From a virus, in the IMG/VR virus record IMGVR_UViG_3300046535_001869, positions 1 to 64,000 of that record: a stretch of DNA of 64,000 nucleotides; one strand, given 5' to 3'. Position numbers and translations under genes: made by a program. Positions 48,084-57,441 of this stretch are shown in pieces. The notes under the pieces were generated by a model. The model made no database searches. It was not told where the DNA came from and saw only the letters and a list, made by a program, of their open reading frames with translations. Positions within the stretch are counted from its first letter, which is position 1. Every line of letters starts with the position of its first letter.

Positions 48084-48395
48084 TCAGTCGACCCGGGAGA
48101 CCTCAAACGAACCATCGGGCTGGACGACCGCGAGCCAAGAGCAGTCGTAGAACCGGATCACCTCGTCGCGCAGGCGCGTCTCGGCCAGGACCGCGAGCGG
48201 GTCATCGCCTGGGTACGACAGGCGACCGTCCGCGAGCATCTTGAACTTCGGTATCGGCCGCCATCCGCCGCCGTGGCGGTAGTTCTCGTCGATCTGTTCG
48301 CGCGCCGGGCGCGAGTCGCGTTCGTCGAGGAACGCGGGGACCAGACCGAGGAGGTCCATCGACGCGCTCGGGTGCCTCATGATCCATTTCATCAT
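48084..48395 (-). CDS. Conserved hypothetical protein
   Basis: D.RPAREQ...Y.HGGGW..L.YPGD..QPDGSFEVSR.D. Confidence 0.6.
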   Translation of the reverse strand: MMKWIMRHPSASMDLLGLVPAFLDERDSRPAREQIDENYRHGGGWRPIPKFKMLADGRLSYPGDDPLAVLAETRLRDEVIRFYDCSWLAVVQPDGSFEVSRVD

Positions 48396-48450
48396 GGTTT
48401 TCCTTTTATTTGAGGTTCAAACCAAGGTTGGCCAGACCAGTTGTTGATTC

Positions 48451-48789
48451 TTAACGTTTTATGGGTGGCCGATCCTGCGCCCGGAACATGGCCGTCCAGA
48501 CGTCCGAGTAGGCGTCGTGGCGCCGGTGGTCGCGTGGCGCGACCGTATTCTTAAAGTTCGGATAGTCGATCTCGTTGATCCGATCGGCCATCTCGGCCCA
48601 GACCTCGTAACGCGGGACCAGCGCCCGGTAGCGATAGTCCTTCTGCGGGGTCGTCGAGACCCTCGCAGAGGGGAACACACGCCGGATGTCGCCCTTGAAG
48701 CGGGCGCGGACTAGGAGCTGGTCTCCGGTCAGGTCGTCGTCGGGCGCGACAATCGAGAACATCGCGTCGGAGAGGAAGATCCACATCAC
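48451..48789 (-). CDS. Conserved phage hypothetical protein
   Basis: MWIF..FSIV..LLVRAR..DYRYRA..IDYPNFK. Confidence 0.6.
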   Translation of the reverse strand: MMWIFLSDAMFSIVAPDDDLTGDQLLVRARFKGDIRRVFPSARVSTTPQKDYRYRALVPRYEVWAEMADRINEIDYPNFKNTVAPRDHRRHDAYSDVWTAMFRAQDRPPIKR

Positions 48790-49106
48790 GGCACCCGCGC
48801 CGCGCGCAGCGCCGCCTCGTAGGCGTCGATCCCGCCCGCGTGCGCCTCGTCGAGGAGGCGCGCGACGGTGCGCTCCGTGAAGGGAATCGAGTCGCCAGCG
48901 CGGCCCATCGACGAGAAGCGCAGCGCGCCGTTCTTGCCGACGTAGACGCGATGGCGCAGCAGGTCCTCCTGCGGCTTGAGGAGGCTCCGCGTCTCGGCGG
49001 TCGGCCTGAAGACGACCTTCTTCGTCACGTGGGTCGCGGTGTCGACGACGTAGCCGCGCGCGAGGAGCGCGGTGGTCAGGAGCTGCTGGCGGGTGGGCTT
49101 GGGCAT
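48786..49106 (-). CDS. Hypothetical protein
   Basis: ATG behind the repeated SD leader; YVGKNGALR. Confidence 0.55.
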   Translation of the reverse strand: MPKPTRQQLLTTALLARGYVVDTATHVTKKVVFRPTAETRSLLKPQEDLLRHRVYVGKNGALRFSSMGRAGDSIPFTERTVARLLDEAHAGGIDAYEAALRAARVP

Positions 49107-49123
49107 GAGGTCTCTCCTCGGTT

Positions 49124-49300
49124 TCAAAGTCCAGCTTCGATGGCGCTGAGGATCTCGCGAGCCCAGCGCTTGACCTTCGGCTCGTACTCGCCGGTGATGA
49201 AGTGCTCGGTCAGATCGCGCGCGTGGCGCAGGGCCTCCTCCTGGCGGATCAACTTCTGACCGACGAGCTCGTCCTGGAGGTCGTGACGGGTGGTCTTCAT
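49124..49300 (-). CDS. Hypothetical protein
   Basis: ATG at the end of cassette copy 3. Confidence 0.55.
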   Translation of the reverse strand: MKTTRHDLQDELVGQKLIRQEEALRHARDLTEHFITGEYEPKVKRWAREILSAIEAGL

Positions 49301-49366
49301 GAGGTATCTCCTCGGATTGGTAGGGGTAGTATCGCGCCGTTGCGGCGAAAAGTAAACCCCTAATTT
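49298..49366 (-). promoter_or_regulatory. Repeated promoter-SD cassette, copy 3
   Basis: -35 at 49351-49356, -10 at 49328-49333. Confidence 0.8.
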
Positions 49367-49505
49367 CGCGATCTTGGAAGATTTCTGCGGAGCCCGAGCT
49401 CGAACCGCACAAGCGGCGCGTGCCACCACGGCAGCGGGCCAAACGTGCGCTGCCACGCGGCGCGGGTCTCGGCCTGCCGCCAGATCCGGCGCCAGTCGAG
49501 CCGGC

Positions 49506-50495
49506 TCACGTCGCCCACCCGTTTACGACGACCGTCGAGCCGGAGCGGGCGATACCCACCGGCACGAACACCGCGCTCGGGAGCGCGGCGCGGACCCGCG
49601 TGTGGTCCTCCGGGCACGCGAATAGCAAACAAAATCCCCCTCCGCCTGCTCCCAGCAGCTTCCCGCCGATCGCACCGGCCGCGCGGGCTCGCTCGTACAG
49701 CTCGCCGACTGTCGGGGTGGCTACCAGGGGTGAGAGGGCTTGCTTTAATCGCCAGGCCTCGTCCAGCAGCTCGCCTAGCGCCTCTATCGGCGTTGTCGAG
49801 GACAGCAGGATCGTCTCGGCCTCGTCGACCTGCTCGCGCATGCGGGCTAGGTACGGGGAGATCGGGGAGAGGTCGAGCGAGGCGGCGATCTGCGGCGCAT
49901 CTCTGACTTCTCCCGTAAACGCGAGTAGCAGATGATCGAGTAGCTCGCGCTGGCGGGCCTGGGGGACCATCGGGCGCCGGACTTCCCATCCGGACGGCCC
50001 GAAATCGACCCGGAGCAGATCGCCGTAGGCGGCGAAGATCTGGTCCTGTTCGCCGCCCAATTCCGCCATCACCGTGCGCTCCAGGTGGATCGCGCGGCGG
50101 GCGAGGAGGCCCGGGTGGTCGTGGCGGCCCGAGAGGGCATCGATCGCGGTGATCAGGCCACAGATGAAGGCTGACGATGATCCGAGGCCCGCGCGGGAGG
50201 GCAGGTCCGCCGAGTATGTGCACTCGATGTTAGTAGGGCGTCCCAGCTGGGTCAGGACGGCGCGGGCGGCCGGGTGGATCAGATCGTCGGCGTGCTCGGT
50301 CAGCTCGATCCTGGAATATACGAGCCTGACGTTGTGCTCGTGAAATGCGGGGAGCTCCCTCACAGTCAAGTAGACGTAGTGGTCGATGGCGAACCCGAGG
50401 ACCGCACCGCCGCGCGGGGACTCGTTGTAATAGGCCGGCGTGTCTGTGCCGCCGCCGAAGAGGCTCACCCTTAGTGGCGTTCGCGTGATGATCAC
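49506..50495 (-). CDS. GHMP sugar kinase (HddA-like heptose-7-phosphate kinase)
   Basis: TPLRVSLFGGGTD..DLPSRAGLGSSS..QDQ..GGKLLGAGGGGF. Confidence 0.88.
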   Translation of the reverse strand: MIITRTPLRVSLFGGGTDTPAYYNESPRGGAVLGFAIDHYVYLTVRELPAFHEHNVRLVYSRIELTEHADDLIHPAARAVLTQLGRPTNIECTYSADLPSRAGLGSSSAFICGLITAIDALSGRHDHPGLLARRAIHLERTVMAELGGEQDQIFAAYGDLLRVDFGPSGWEVRRPMVPQARQRELLDHLLLAFTGEVRDAPQIAASLDLSPISPYLARMREQVDEAETILLSSTTPIEALGELLDEAWRLKQALSPLVATPTVGELYERARAAGAIGGKLLGAGGGGFCLLFACPEDHTRVRAALPSAVFVPVGIARSGSTVVVNGWAT

Positions 50496-50878
50496 GGATC
50501 AATCCTCTCCACAACGAGCTCGTACCCGCTCGGACGCTCCTCGACGCGGACGATCGCGTTGCCGCTGCTCGTGTGCTGGTCTGGCGCGACCCAGACCGCG
50601 GTATCGGTCCGAGCGACGTAGCCGCCGCCCTTGTAGCCCACGAACACGCGCCCGATGGCGTCCGAAAGCAGGCCCGCCAGCGCGCCCGCGGTCTGGGGAC
50701 GGTCGCCGCGCTGGACGAACACCAGCGCCAGGTCCTCGTAGTAGCCGCGGTAGCTGACCAAGTGGTCCCAGCGGTAGCGGCCCGAGCCGACCCAGACCTT
50801 GGCCGAGCGTGGCAGGCGGGTGAGCGTGGCGAGGAGCGTCCCGACCGTCATCGCGCCGAGCGCGGCGCCGGGGCTCAC
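50492..50878 (-). CDS. Conserved phage hypothetical protein
   Basis: SYRGYYEDLAL..GRVFVGYKGG..T.VWVA. Confidence 0.6.
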   Translation of the reverse strand: MSPGAALGAMTVGTLLATLTRLPRSAKVWVGSGRYRWDHLVSYRGYYEDLALVFVQRGDRPQTAGALAGLLSDAIGRVFVGYKGGGYVARTDTAVWVAPDQHTSSGNAIVRVEERPSGYELVVERIDP

Positions 50879-51108
50879 TGCTTCTCCCCATAGATCAGGC
50901 GCGTGACCCGCTCGCGCAGGCCCTCGCAGAACGCCTCGACGAGCTCGTCGGGCTGCTTGTTGTAGCGCACCGCGTTGAACGCGATCAAACCGGCGACCAT
51001 GCCCTCAACCGCGACCATCTCGGTCTCGAACTGACCGATCGCAGCCATCTTGGCGCCGAACTCCCGGATCAGGGAGGCGGTCAGGTCATTGATCTCATCC
51101 GTGGTCAC
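50875..51108 (-). CDS. Hypothetical protein
   Basis: Coupled ORF. Confidence 0.5.
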   Translation of the reverse strand: MTTDEINDLTASLIREFGAKMAAIGQFETEMVAVEGMVAGLIAFNAVRYNKQPDELVEAFCEGLRERVTRLIYGEKQ

Positions 51109-51437
51109 TCGACCAACCCGCGGATCGTCGCGTCGTACAGGTCGAGGACGTCCTCTACGGTCCGCTCGGGCGCGTCGTTCCAGTCAGCGACGGGACAGGA
51201 GATGCCCCGGCCCACGAGTGTCTTCCTTAGTGCGTCGAAGGCGACCTGGCGGCGGACGGTATCCTCGTAGGTGCACATCCGGCCGCCGACCACCGCAAAG
51301 ATGCCCCCTACTGCGCAGGCTCGTCCGTTATCAATGGAGACATTCTGGCACCAGCCGTGGGTTACGATGTACTCGCGAGCGGCGCGGAGGTCCTCGACGA
51401 GGGTACTCGGGGCGAAGGTAGTGCTGTCTAGGGGCAT
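51105..51437 (-). CDS. DUF6197-like protein
   Basis: GWCQ..CAVGGI..WNDAPERTVEDV. Confidence 0.55.
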   Translation of the reverse strand: MPLDSTTFAPSTLVEDLRAAREYIVTHGWCQNVSIDNGRACAVGGIFAVVGGRMCTYEDTVRRQVAFDALRKTLVGRGISCPVADWNDAPERTVEDVLDLYDATIRGLVE

Positions 51438-51446
51438 ATCGGACTC

Positions 51447-51746
51447 CTATGATTTAACCAGCTTGACGACCTTCTCGGCGGGTGGCTCGTCGACCCAGTC
51501 CAGGAAGGTGCGGACCGCGGCGAAGTCGGGGAAGATCTTGGCGCGGGCGTAGTCCTCGCCCGGCTGAAGCATCAGCAGGTGGAGGTCGACGAGGTACGAG
51601 CCGATCTTATTGGGCTCGCCGGTCTGTGGATTAAGGCACTCGACGAGATACATCGTCTTCGTGACCCGCTCGCGGAACCGAACCAGAGTCCAGTGCCCCT
51701 CGTCCGGGTCGTCGATCATGGCGAGGAGGTTGATCATGGCCACCAT
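51447..51746 (-). CDS. Hypothetical protein
   Basis: ORF with phage-like codon usage. Confidence 0.5.
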   Translation of the reverse strand: MVAMINLLAMIDDPDEGHWTLVRFRERVTKTMYLVECLNPQTGEPNKIGSYLVDLHLLMLQPGEDYARAKIFPDFAAVRTFLDWVDEPPAEKVVKLVKS

Positions 51747-52057
51747 CCGTTATTGGTATGAACCTTTGTTGCCAGATAGCCTAGAATCGTGAGACGAGTA
51801 TCGATCCAGGGCGCGCCGCACGAGGAGCAGACGCAGACGTCGAACCTACTTGCTTCCTCTGGTATAGTCTGACCCATGGCGTAGTTATGGAACATTTTTG
51901 TAACGATCACGTCCCCCTCGGGTCCTGGGTCTTGGCCGGCCGGGACCCCAACGGGGGCCGGTCGTATGACTACCTTCGTCTCGCAGATCCGGTGTCCATT
52001 CTCGCAGGTTATCTCGGTCCCAGCCGGTAACGGCCCGGAGTAACCGTCGTAAGTCAC
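51734..52057 (-). CDS. Hypothetical Zn-binding protein
   Basis: CENGH.IC..CSSCGAPW. Confidence 0.5.
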   Translation of the reverse strand: MTYDGYSGPLPAGTEITCENGHRICETKVVIRPAPVGVPAGQDPGPEGDVIVTKMFHNYAMGQTIPEEASRFDVCVCSSCGAPWIDTRLTILGYLATKVHTNNGWWP

Positions 52058-53568
52058 TTCGCCTCCTCCAACAGATCCCGTTTCAGCGTATACGACGTCA
52101 TCCTACGGATCTCCTCGACCGCCGCTTGGCCGAACTTGTCGCGGATCATCGCGAGGTAGCCCGGGTCGGTGAAGTAGCACGTGAAGGCGGTGTCGCGGAA
52201 GCGGAGGACCTCAGCGGCGGGGACGGTCTCGGTGTCTAGTGGACGAGATACGGAATTGTGCTGAGAATATCCGGCCCAGGACGATGGAGGCGTCCATCCC
52301 TCGGCGAGGGCCTGGTCGTATAGAGGCGAGCCGGGATAGGCCATCGCGCAGTAGAAATTGGCAAACTCGGTTCGGAGGGAGCGCGCGAGATCGAGGGTCT
52401 CTCCCATCGTCTCCATCGTATCGCCGCGCAGGCCAAAGATATAGTTCCCAATCACGTTGATCCCCGCGGCCTGGATCATCGCAACAACCCGGCGGATCTC
52501 GGCGTTATCGTCCTGGCCGGCGCGCAGGCGCTTGTTCGCCCCGGCGCGGACGTGGGCCGAGCCGGCCTCTATGCCGAGGGCTAACCATTTGATCCCAGCC
52601 TTGCGTAGAAGTGGTAAGTCGTCGTCGTGGACCGTGTCGGTACGAGAGTAGGCCCATATGTTCAGGTCGTCGGCGATCCCGGAGGCGATCAGCCGATGGC
52701 AGATCTCGCGAAAATGCCCGCGGTTCAAAACAAAGAGCTCGTCAGTTATCTTGAACGTTCGGATACCGTACTCGCGATAGAGCATCACGATCTCGTCGAC
52801 GACCTTGCGCGGATCGCGGCGCCGGTAAACGTTCGAGTGCTGGAATACGTTAATCATGCAGAAGTGGCACTTGAAGCTACACCCCAGGCTCGTGTGGATC
52901 GACGCGTAAGGCTGACGCCGCGTCGGGTCCTCCAGGCACTGCCAGTTGTGCGCCCGGTAGAGGTGCATCGGCAGCAGGTGCCACGCCGACGAGCCGTGGA
53001 GATCGCAGTCGAGGTCGAGGAGCGGTGCGCGGGGATTGGCGACCGCTCGCTCGTCCCCGCCGCAGGTCGGGTGGGACCACACCAGGCCTGGGATCTCCTG
53101 CGGGTACCAGACGCCACCGTGCTTGTGGATTTGCTCTAGGAGTCCCTCGATCGTCAGTGGTCCCTCGCCGTCGCAGACGAAGTCAACCGGCTCCTCGCGC
53201 AGCGTCCTTTCTGGTAGCGCCGAAGGGTGGTTACCGAGCATGAGGATCGGAGGGGGGAAGAGCAGGACGCGGATGGCCTGAGCTACGGCCCGCGCTCCCG
53301 TCATTTGCTGTGTACTCGCCGATGGTTGATGACCGTGGACGCATATCGCAACTAGACGCGGTCGATAGAAGGTAACCTTGATAGCAACCTGCTCCGGTGA
53401 AAGGTGTTCGGCCTCCTGGTCGATGATCGCGACGGTCTTCCCACGATCTAGAAAGTAGGAAGCGATAATTCGACACCACAGAGCCTGTTCGATAGCCGTG
53501 AGGGTGCCACCAAGCTCGCCGTAGATGCCGTGCACCGCGCCGGGATGGATCAGGACCAGGTCGATCAT
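52054..53568 (-). CDS. Cobalamin-binding radical SAM enzyme
   Basis: N-terminal B12-binding region (GHQPSASTQ..GNHPSALP..GEG); CSFKCHFC (CxxxCxxC); DELF; LGIEAG; YPGS. Confidence 0.9.
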   Translation of the reverse strand: MIDLVLIHPGAVHGIYGELGGTLTAIEQALWCRIIASYFLDRGKTVAIIDQEAEHLSPEQVAIKVTFYRPRLVAICVHGHQPSASTQQMTGARAVAQAIRVLLFPPPILMLGNHPSALPERTLREEPVDFVCDGEGPLTIEGLLEQIHKHGGVWYPQEIPGLVWSHPTCGGDERAVANPRAPLLDLDCDLHGSSAWHLLPMHLYRAHNWQCLEDPTRRQPYASIHTSLGCSFKCHFCMINVFQHSNVYRRRDPRKVVDEIVMLYREYGIRTFKITDELFVLNRGHFREICHRLIASGIADDLNIWAYSRTDTVHDDDLPLLRKAGIKWLALGIEAGSAHVRAGANKRLRAGQDDNAEIRRVVAMIQAAGINVIGNYIFGLRGDTMETMGETLDLARSLRTEFANFYCAMAYPGSPLYDQALAEGWTPPSSWAGYSQHNSVSRPLDTETVPAAEVLRFRDTAFTCYFTDPGYLAMIRDKFGQAAVEEIRRMTSYTLKRDLLEEAK

Positions 53569-53777
53569 CAGAACTCCTTCATCAACGTGACGATGATCCG
53601 GCCGCGGCCGAACGCGTCGCGCTCAAACTTAAAACCAGACTGGAACGAGAGCCTGGACGCCTCCTCCCAGAGCTCCAGGACCGGCGCGAGCGCCTCCTCG
53701 ATCCGACGCTTCAGGTCGACGGCGACCTCGGCGTCGCTCCGGGTCGTCAGCAGGCGAACCGGCGGGTCGTCGTTCAC
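53568..53777 (-). CDS. Hypothetical protein
   Basis: Coupled ORF. Confidence 0.5.
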   Translation of the reverse strand: MNDDPPVRLLTTRSDAEVAVDLKRRIEEALAPVLELWEEASRLSFQSGFKFERDAFGRGRIIVTLMKEF

Positions 53778-54022
53778 TTCACCCTCGTCAGCTTGAGCAC
53801 GTTCGGAACCCGCCCGATGCCCCTGGTCTCGGCCAGCACCGCGTCCAGCTGTCGGTTCAGCGCGTCACAGCGCGTGTAGAGAGTCGTCTTGGACACGCCG
53901 CCGTAGTCGCGCCAGATCCCTGCGACAACGTTCTTGGACACGCCGAAGCGTTCCGCGACCACGGACTGGATCTCGCCGTCGCCGAGGAGGTCGAGGATCG
54001 CGGTGCGGCGCTCTGGGGTCAT
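53774..54022 (-). CDS. GcrA-like N-terminal HTH protein
   Basis: TPER...LDLL..G.....VAERFGVSKNVVAGIWR resembles the GcrA sigma-binding HTH. Confidence 0.5.
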   Translation of the reverse strand: MTPERRTAILDLLGDGEIQSVVAERFGVSKNVVAGIWRDYGGVSKTTLYTRCDALNRQLDAVLAETRGIGRVPNVLKLTRVK

Positions 54023-54453
54023 CCGGCAAACTTCTCGCGAGCCCTCATACTGAACCAGTGGTGGACGTTCAGGATAGCGGCTTGCGCGATCTCATCGATT
54101 TGCTTTGATGAACCATCGCTACCCTCGGTATCAGCGACGAGCTCCCCATTAAGATCGCCATCATTAAACGAGAATACGAGCTTCACACTGCCACGGTCCG
54201 CGAGAGCGGTTCGTATAGCCTCTAGGGCTGGTTCCTTGAAGCCGGAGACAGCAAGCTCAGTCGCGGCGCGAAATCGCATCCCCCGCTCGGCAGCAACGAT
54301 CGTTACTAGTTGATCTGCGGTTGCGTCCGGCAGCTTTCCGCGAACGTACTCGGTGGGATCAAGGTCCTCGTCCGTGAGATATGCCGTAACGCTCCGTTCG
54401 CTGAAGATCTCTCCTTCAGCTCCGACTCTAAACGTCAATTTTGCTAGATGCAT
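54019..54453 (-). CDS. Hypothetical protein (lower GC)
   Basis: AAGGA SD, ATG 54453. Confidence 0.5.
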   Translation of the reverse strand: MHLAKLTFRVGAEGEIFSERSVTAYLTDEDLDPTEYVRGKLPDATADQLVTIVAAERGMRFRAATELAVSGFKEPALEAIRTALADRGSVKLVFSFNDGDLNGELVADTEGSDGSSKQIDEIAQAAILNVHHWFSMRAREKFAG

Positions 54454-54639
54454 GATGTCTTCCTTACGAAATAAGCCGCCCGCGCCGCGCGATACTCCTC
54501 GCGCGTCGGCCGCGGGGTCGGCGATGCGGGCCGGACGCGGATGAACTCTCGCATATCGGCCTCGTTGACGCAGCGTTAGGCGAGCCACTCGCGGCCGGCG
54601 TGGAGGAAGGTGTGGGTCATGATTCTTTATCATAGTCGT

Positions 54640-55812
54640 TCATAGTGTGTTCTTTAAAATTTTTACAGCTTTTTCAATAAGATCTGGGATTGGCCACGGC
54701 GCGCAGCCCAGGAACAGGCCAGTATCGTGGATCCGATCGGCGTTCGGCGTCGGGTTCGCCTCGCGCCAGGGCGCGCCGTAGGGATGACGGGTAAAGGACC
54801 CGCCGGTAGGTAAGCGTGCGTCGATCGAGGCTTCGCGCAGGGCCGCGACCAGGGCACGGCGGCGCTCGCGCGACTCGACCGTAAACGGCAGCCCGAACGG
54901 ACTGGGAGTCCCCTCGATCCTCGGGTGGACGATCGGTAGATCAGTCGTGAGGCTACGAAATAGGTCGGCGTTGGTGCGACGCGCGGCGATCATCTCGGGG
55001 AGCTTCCGTAGCTGCTCGCGGGCGACCGCGGCGTGGATCTCGACTGGCCGCAAATTGTACCCGAAAATGGTGAAATTGTAGTGCTCCTCAACCTCGGCGC
55101 TGCCCCACCCGGCGTTCCCGTGGTCGCGCAGGAGGCGCATCGTCCGGGCTAGGTCGTCGTCGTCGGTCAGCGCGGCGCCGCCTTCCCAAGCGCTAATCTG
55201 GTGGGAGTAGAAGAAACTAACGGTGGCGATGGCGCCGAACTCGATGGCGTCTACCCCAGGAGGCTTGCCCGCAAAGGCGCCGATCGACTCGCAGGCATCT
55301 ACTAGGAGCGGGATGTTGAGACGAGTAGCCAAGATCTGCCAGTCGACAAGATATGCCGGGTTGCCGAGGACCGGAACGGTGACGAGGAGCGACAACTTGT
55401 CCCACTCCATTTCGACGAGGTTTCCGGCGGGCGCATTCCACGTGTCGTCTACGTCGACAACTAGCGGCGCGAGGCCGTGCTGGATCGGGGGAGCATAGGT
55501 CGTGGCCCAGGCGATGGCCGGCGCGGCGAATCGGGAGATCTCCAGGGGAGGATCTCCCATCCACTGCTCGCCGTTCCGGATCCACCCATCCCCAGCGCGA
55601 TGCGCCAGCGCCACCACCGCGATGAGGTTAGCCGACGACCCGGAGTTGACCATCACCGCGTGGCGGCGGCCGTGGAATGCCGCGAGCTCGGCCTCCAGCG
55701 CCTCGGTCTCCGGCCCCATCGTCAGGCGGTCGGAGGCCAGCACGCGGGCGACGGCGGCGGCCTCTTCCGCTCCGTGCGCGCTGAAGGCTGTCGGAAAGTC
55801 CCACGTCGTCAT
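54640..55812 (-). CDS. DegT-fold PLP enzyme, ColD-like NDP-4-keto-6-deoxysugar 3-dehydratase
   Basis: TMGP..MVNSGSSANL..DACES..SFFYSHQISAWEGG (His at the Schiff-base Lys position)..GYNLRP. Confidence 0.8.
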   Translation of the reverse strand: MTTWDFPTAFSAHGAEEAAAVARVLASDRLTMGPETEALEAELAAFHGRRHAVMVNSGSSANLIAVVALAHRAGDGWIRNGEQWMGDPPLEISRFAAPAIAWATTYAPPIQHGLAPLVVDVDDTWNAPAGNLVEMEWDKLSLLVTVPVLGNPAYLVDWQILATRLNIPLLVDACESIGAFAGKPPGVDAIEFGAIATVSFFYSHQISAWEGGAALTDDDDLARTMRLLRDHGNAGWGSAEVEEHYNFTIFGYNLRPVEIHAAVAREQLRKLPEMIAARRTNADLFRSLTTDLPIVHPRIEGTPSPFGLPFTVESRERRRALVAALREASIDARLPTGGSFTRHPYGAPWREANPTPNADRIHDTGLFLGCAPWPIPDLIEKAVKILKNTL

Positions 55813-56082
55813 TAGTATACTCCCAGACCGTGCGCTACGTCGTTCGCGAACAGTAGGACGACCATGAGCAGGACGACCGCACCGATCGCGTATGCTAGTG
55901 CTTCCATTACACCCTCACGTTCCAGATCCGGAGGCCTAGTCGACAGAGCTCGGTGAAGGCCAAACGACGCTTAATGTGAAACTCGTCTCCGGGGTTAATA
56001 GGGTAAGCTGGATTCTCAATGGCATCGCGGGTCCGCTGGTCGACATTCCGCATTAGGTCCTCGTAGCGGCGCTCCAGGTCGG

Positions 56083-56667
56083 TCATCCCTGGTCCTCCGT
56101 CTCGTATAGCTCCGCCCTCTCGACGAGGATCGTCGACGTCGGACGACGAAGGGCATCCATATAATAGGGGACGATCATGTACGGCTCGAATAGTTCTATC
56201 ACGTGGATAGTCCGCAGCATCGCGCGGAGCGCAGCGACGTAACCGGTGGGAACAAGGTCGACCTCGTCCGAGAGATAGTTGCCGCCCTCAGGGTCGACGT
56301 GCTGCGGACCTGGGTCGAGCGGGATCGGGGAGGCGATCGACGTACGGATGATGACCTTCGGGCGATAGTCGGAGTAGAGCGGGATCGCGTCGAGGTGGAG
56401 GACGAGCTGATTCATCGCCAGCAGAAGGAAGTTGATTCGCGGGTAGACCGCTACCGGGATCGCGCCGGTCAACGACAGCCCCGTGGCGATTCCCATCTGA
56501 GTATCTTCAAAGACAGGCGTCTCGATCATCCTCTCGCGCGGAACGTCGCGGAACGTCGCGGTCATCGCGGTGCCGCCGGCTACGATGGACTGGCCAAGAA
56601 ACATGACGCGAGGGTCCTCGGCGAGGAGGGTCATCGCCTCGGTCAGGCGATCACGATAGGTGGTCAA
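56083..56667 (-). CDS. ThDP-dependent enzyme beta subunit (pyrimidine-binding domain only)
   Basis: FLGQ..ETPVFEDTQMGIATGL..YPRINFLLLAMNQLV..PGPQH. Confidence 0.8.
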   Translation of the reverse strand: MTTYRDRLTEAMTLLAEDPRVMFLGQSIVAGGTAMTATFRDVPRERMIETPVFEDTQMGIATGLSLTGAIPVAVYPRINFLLLAMNQLVLHLDAIPLYSDYRPKVIIRTSIASPIPLDPGPQHVDPEGGNYLSDEVDLVPTGYVAALRAMLRTIHVIELFEPYMIVPYYMDALRRPTSTILVERAELYETEDQG

Positions 56668-56685
56668 AACTCTTTCCTCGTGACG

Positions 56686-57387
56686 TTAGTCATCATCATG
56701 TAGTCGTAATTTCCCTGGAGCACCAAGGGCATGAATGCCCAACCGCGTAACCCAGTCTAGTATGTGGCACCATCGCCGATCGTCTTTCTCGAATCGGGGA
56801 ACCTTACCATCAGCGACATCAAGGCACACACAGGCGACGCAATTCAATTGCGCATCAGCCATTCCAATCTGCTCCATCAGTTCGATGTAGCGAAGATCAT
56901 CGGCGGTCGGTTCAATTGGCACCATGCCATGCGGGTCAGGCAGAGGTACAGGTTCGCCCAACTTAACGTAGGAGTTTGTAGTTTCCCAATGCCGTATCGT
57001 TTGCAAGCATCGCTCGTACCAACGCACCCATTTTTCTGGTTCCCACACGATGTTCGCATTCATCGAGCGTCCGAATCGCTTGTACCAGCGTATCTCGACG
57101 CCCTCGAACGAGAAATTCGGAGCGTCGGCTAGTTGCTGATCCCAGTCGGCATCTTCGGGCGAACCACCCCAATTATAATAGTGATTCCAAACAATCCCCT
57201 GCGGCAGTGGCGTTAGCCCCCCTTCGTCTGACCACATATCAAAATCGCGACCCGCTTCCCATTGTTTCTGCTGGGTATTCCAATATGCTCGATTCAGGTG
57301 CGCGCGTAACCCCTCTATCAGTGCATCAACGTAATCTGGCAGCGGTGCGCCGACAGGGTTGTTGTGAATTATTTGTCCTAATTCCAT
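56686..57387 (-). CDS. Hypothetical protein (lower GC) between the ThDP subunits
   Basis: MELGQ..PNF..IRWYK..GR. Confidence 0.6.
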   Translation of the reverse strand: MELGQIIHNNPVGAPLPDYVDALIEGLRAHLNRAYWNTQQKQWEAGRDFDMWSDEGGLTPLPQGIVWNHYYNWGGSPEDADWDQQLADAPNFSFEGVEIRWYKRFGRSMNANIVWEPEKWVRWYERCLQTIRHWETTNSYVKLGEPVPLPDPHGMVPIEPTADDLRYIELMEQIGMADAQLNCVACVCLDVADGKVPRFEKDDRRWCHILDWVTRLGIHALGAPGKLRLHDDD

Positions 57388-57441
57388 TTGTAAAACCAGC
57401 GTCCTTTAAGCGCGGTCACAGTCCGGCACGAAGGATTTTCG

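Noticed and set aside
34965-49366. Repeats as a CRISPR array or integron attC sites
   Set aside because: They are spaced kilobases apart and irregularly, are not palindromic, have no cas or integrase gene nearby, and match promoter plus SD architecture.
34968-49442. Shared peptide ARYYPYQ in three ORF-track proteins (starts 35006, 48047, 49442)
   Set aside because: It is a translation of the repeated promoter/leader DNA; the true starts are the ATGs after the GAGGAGA SD.
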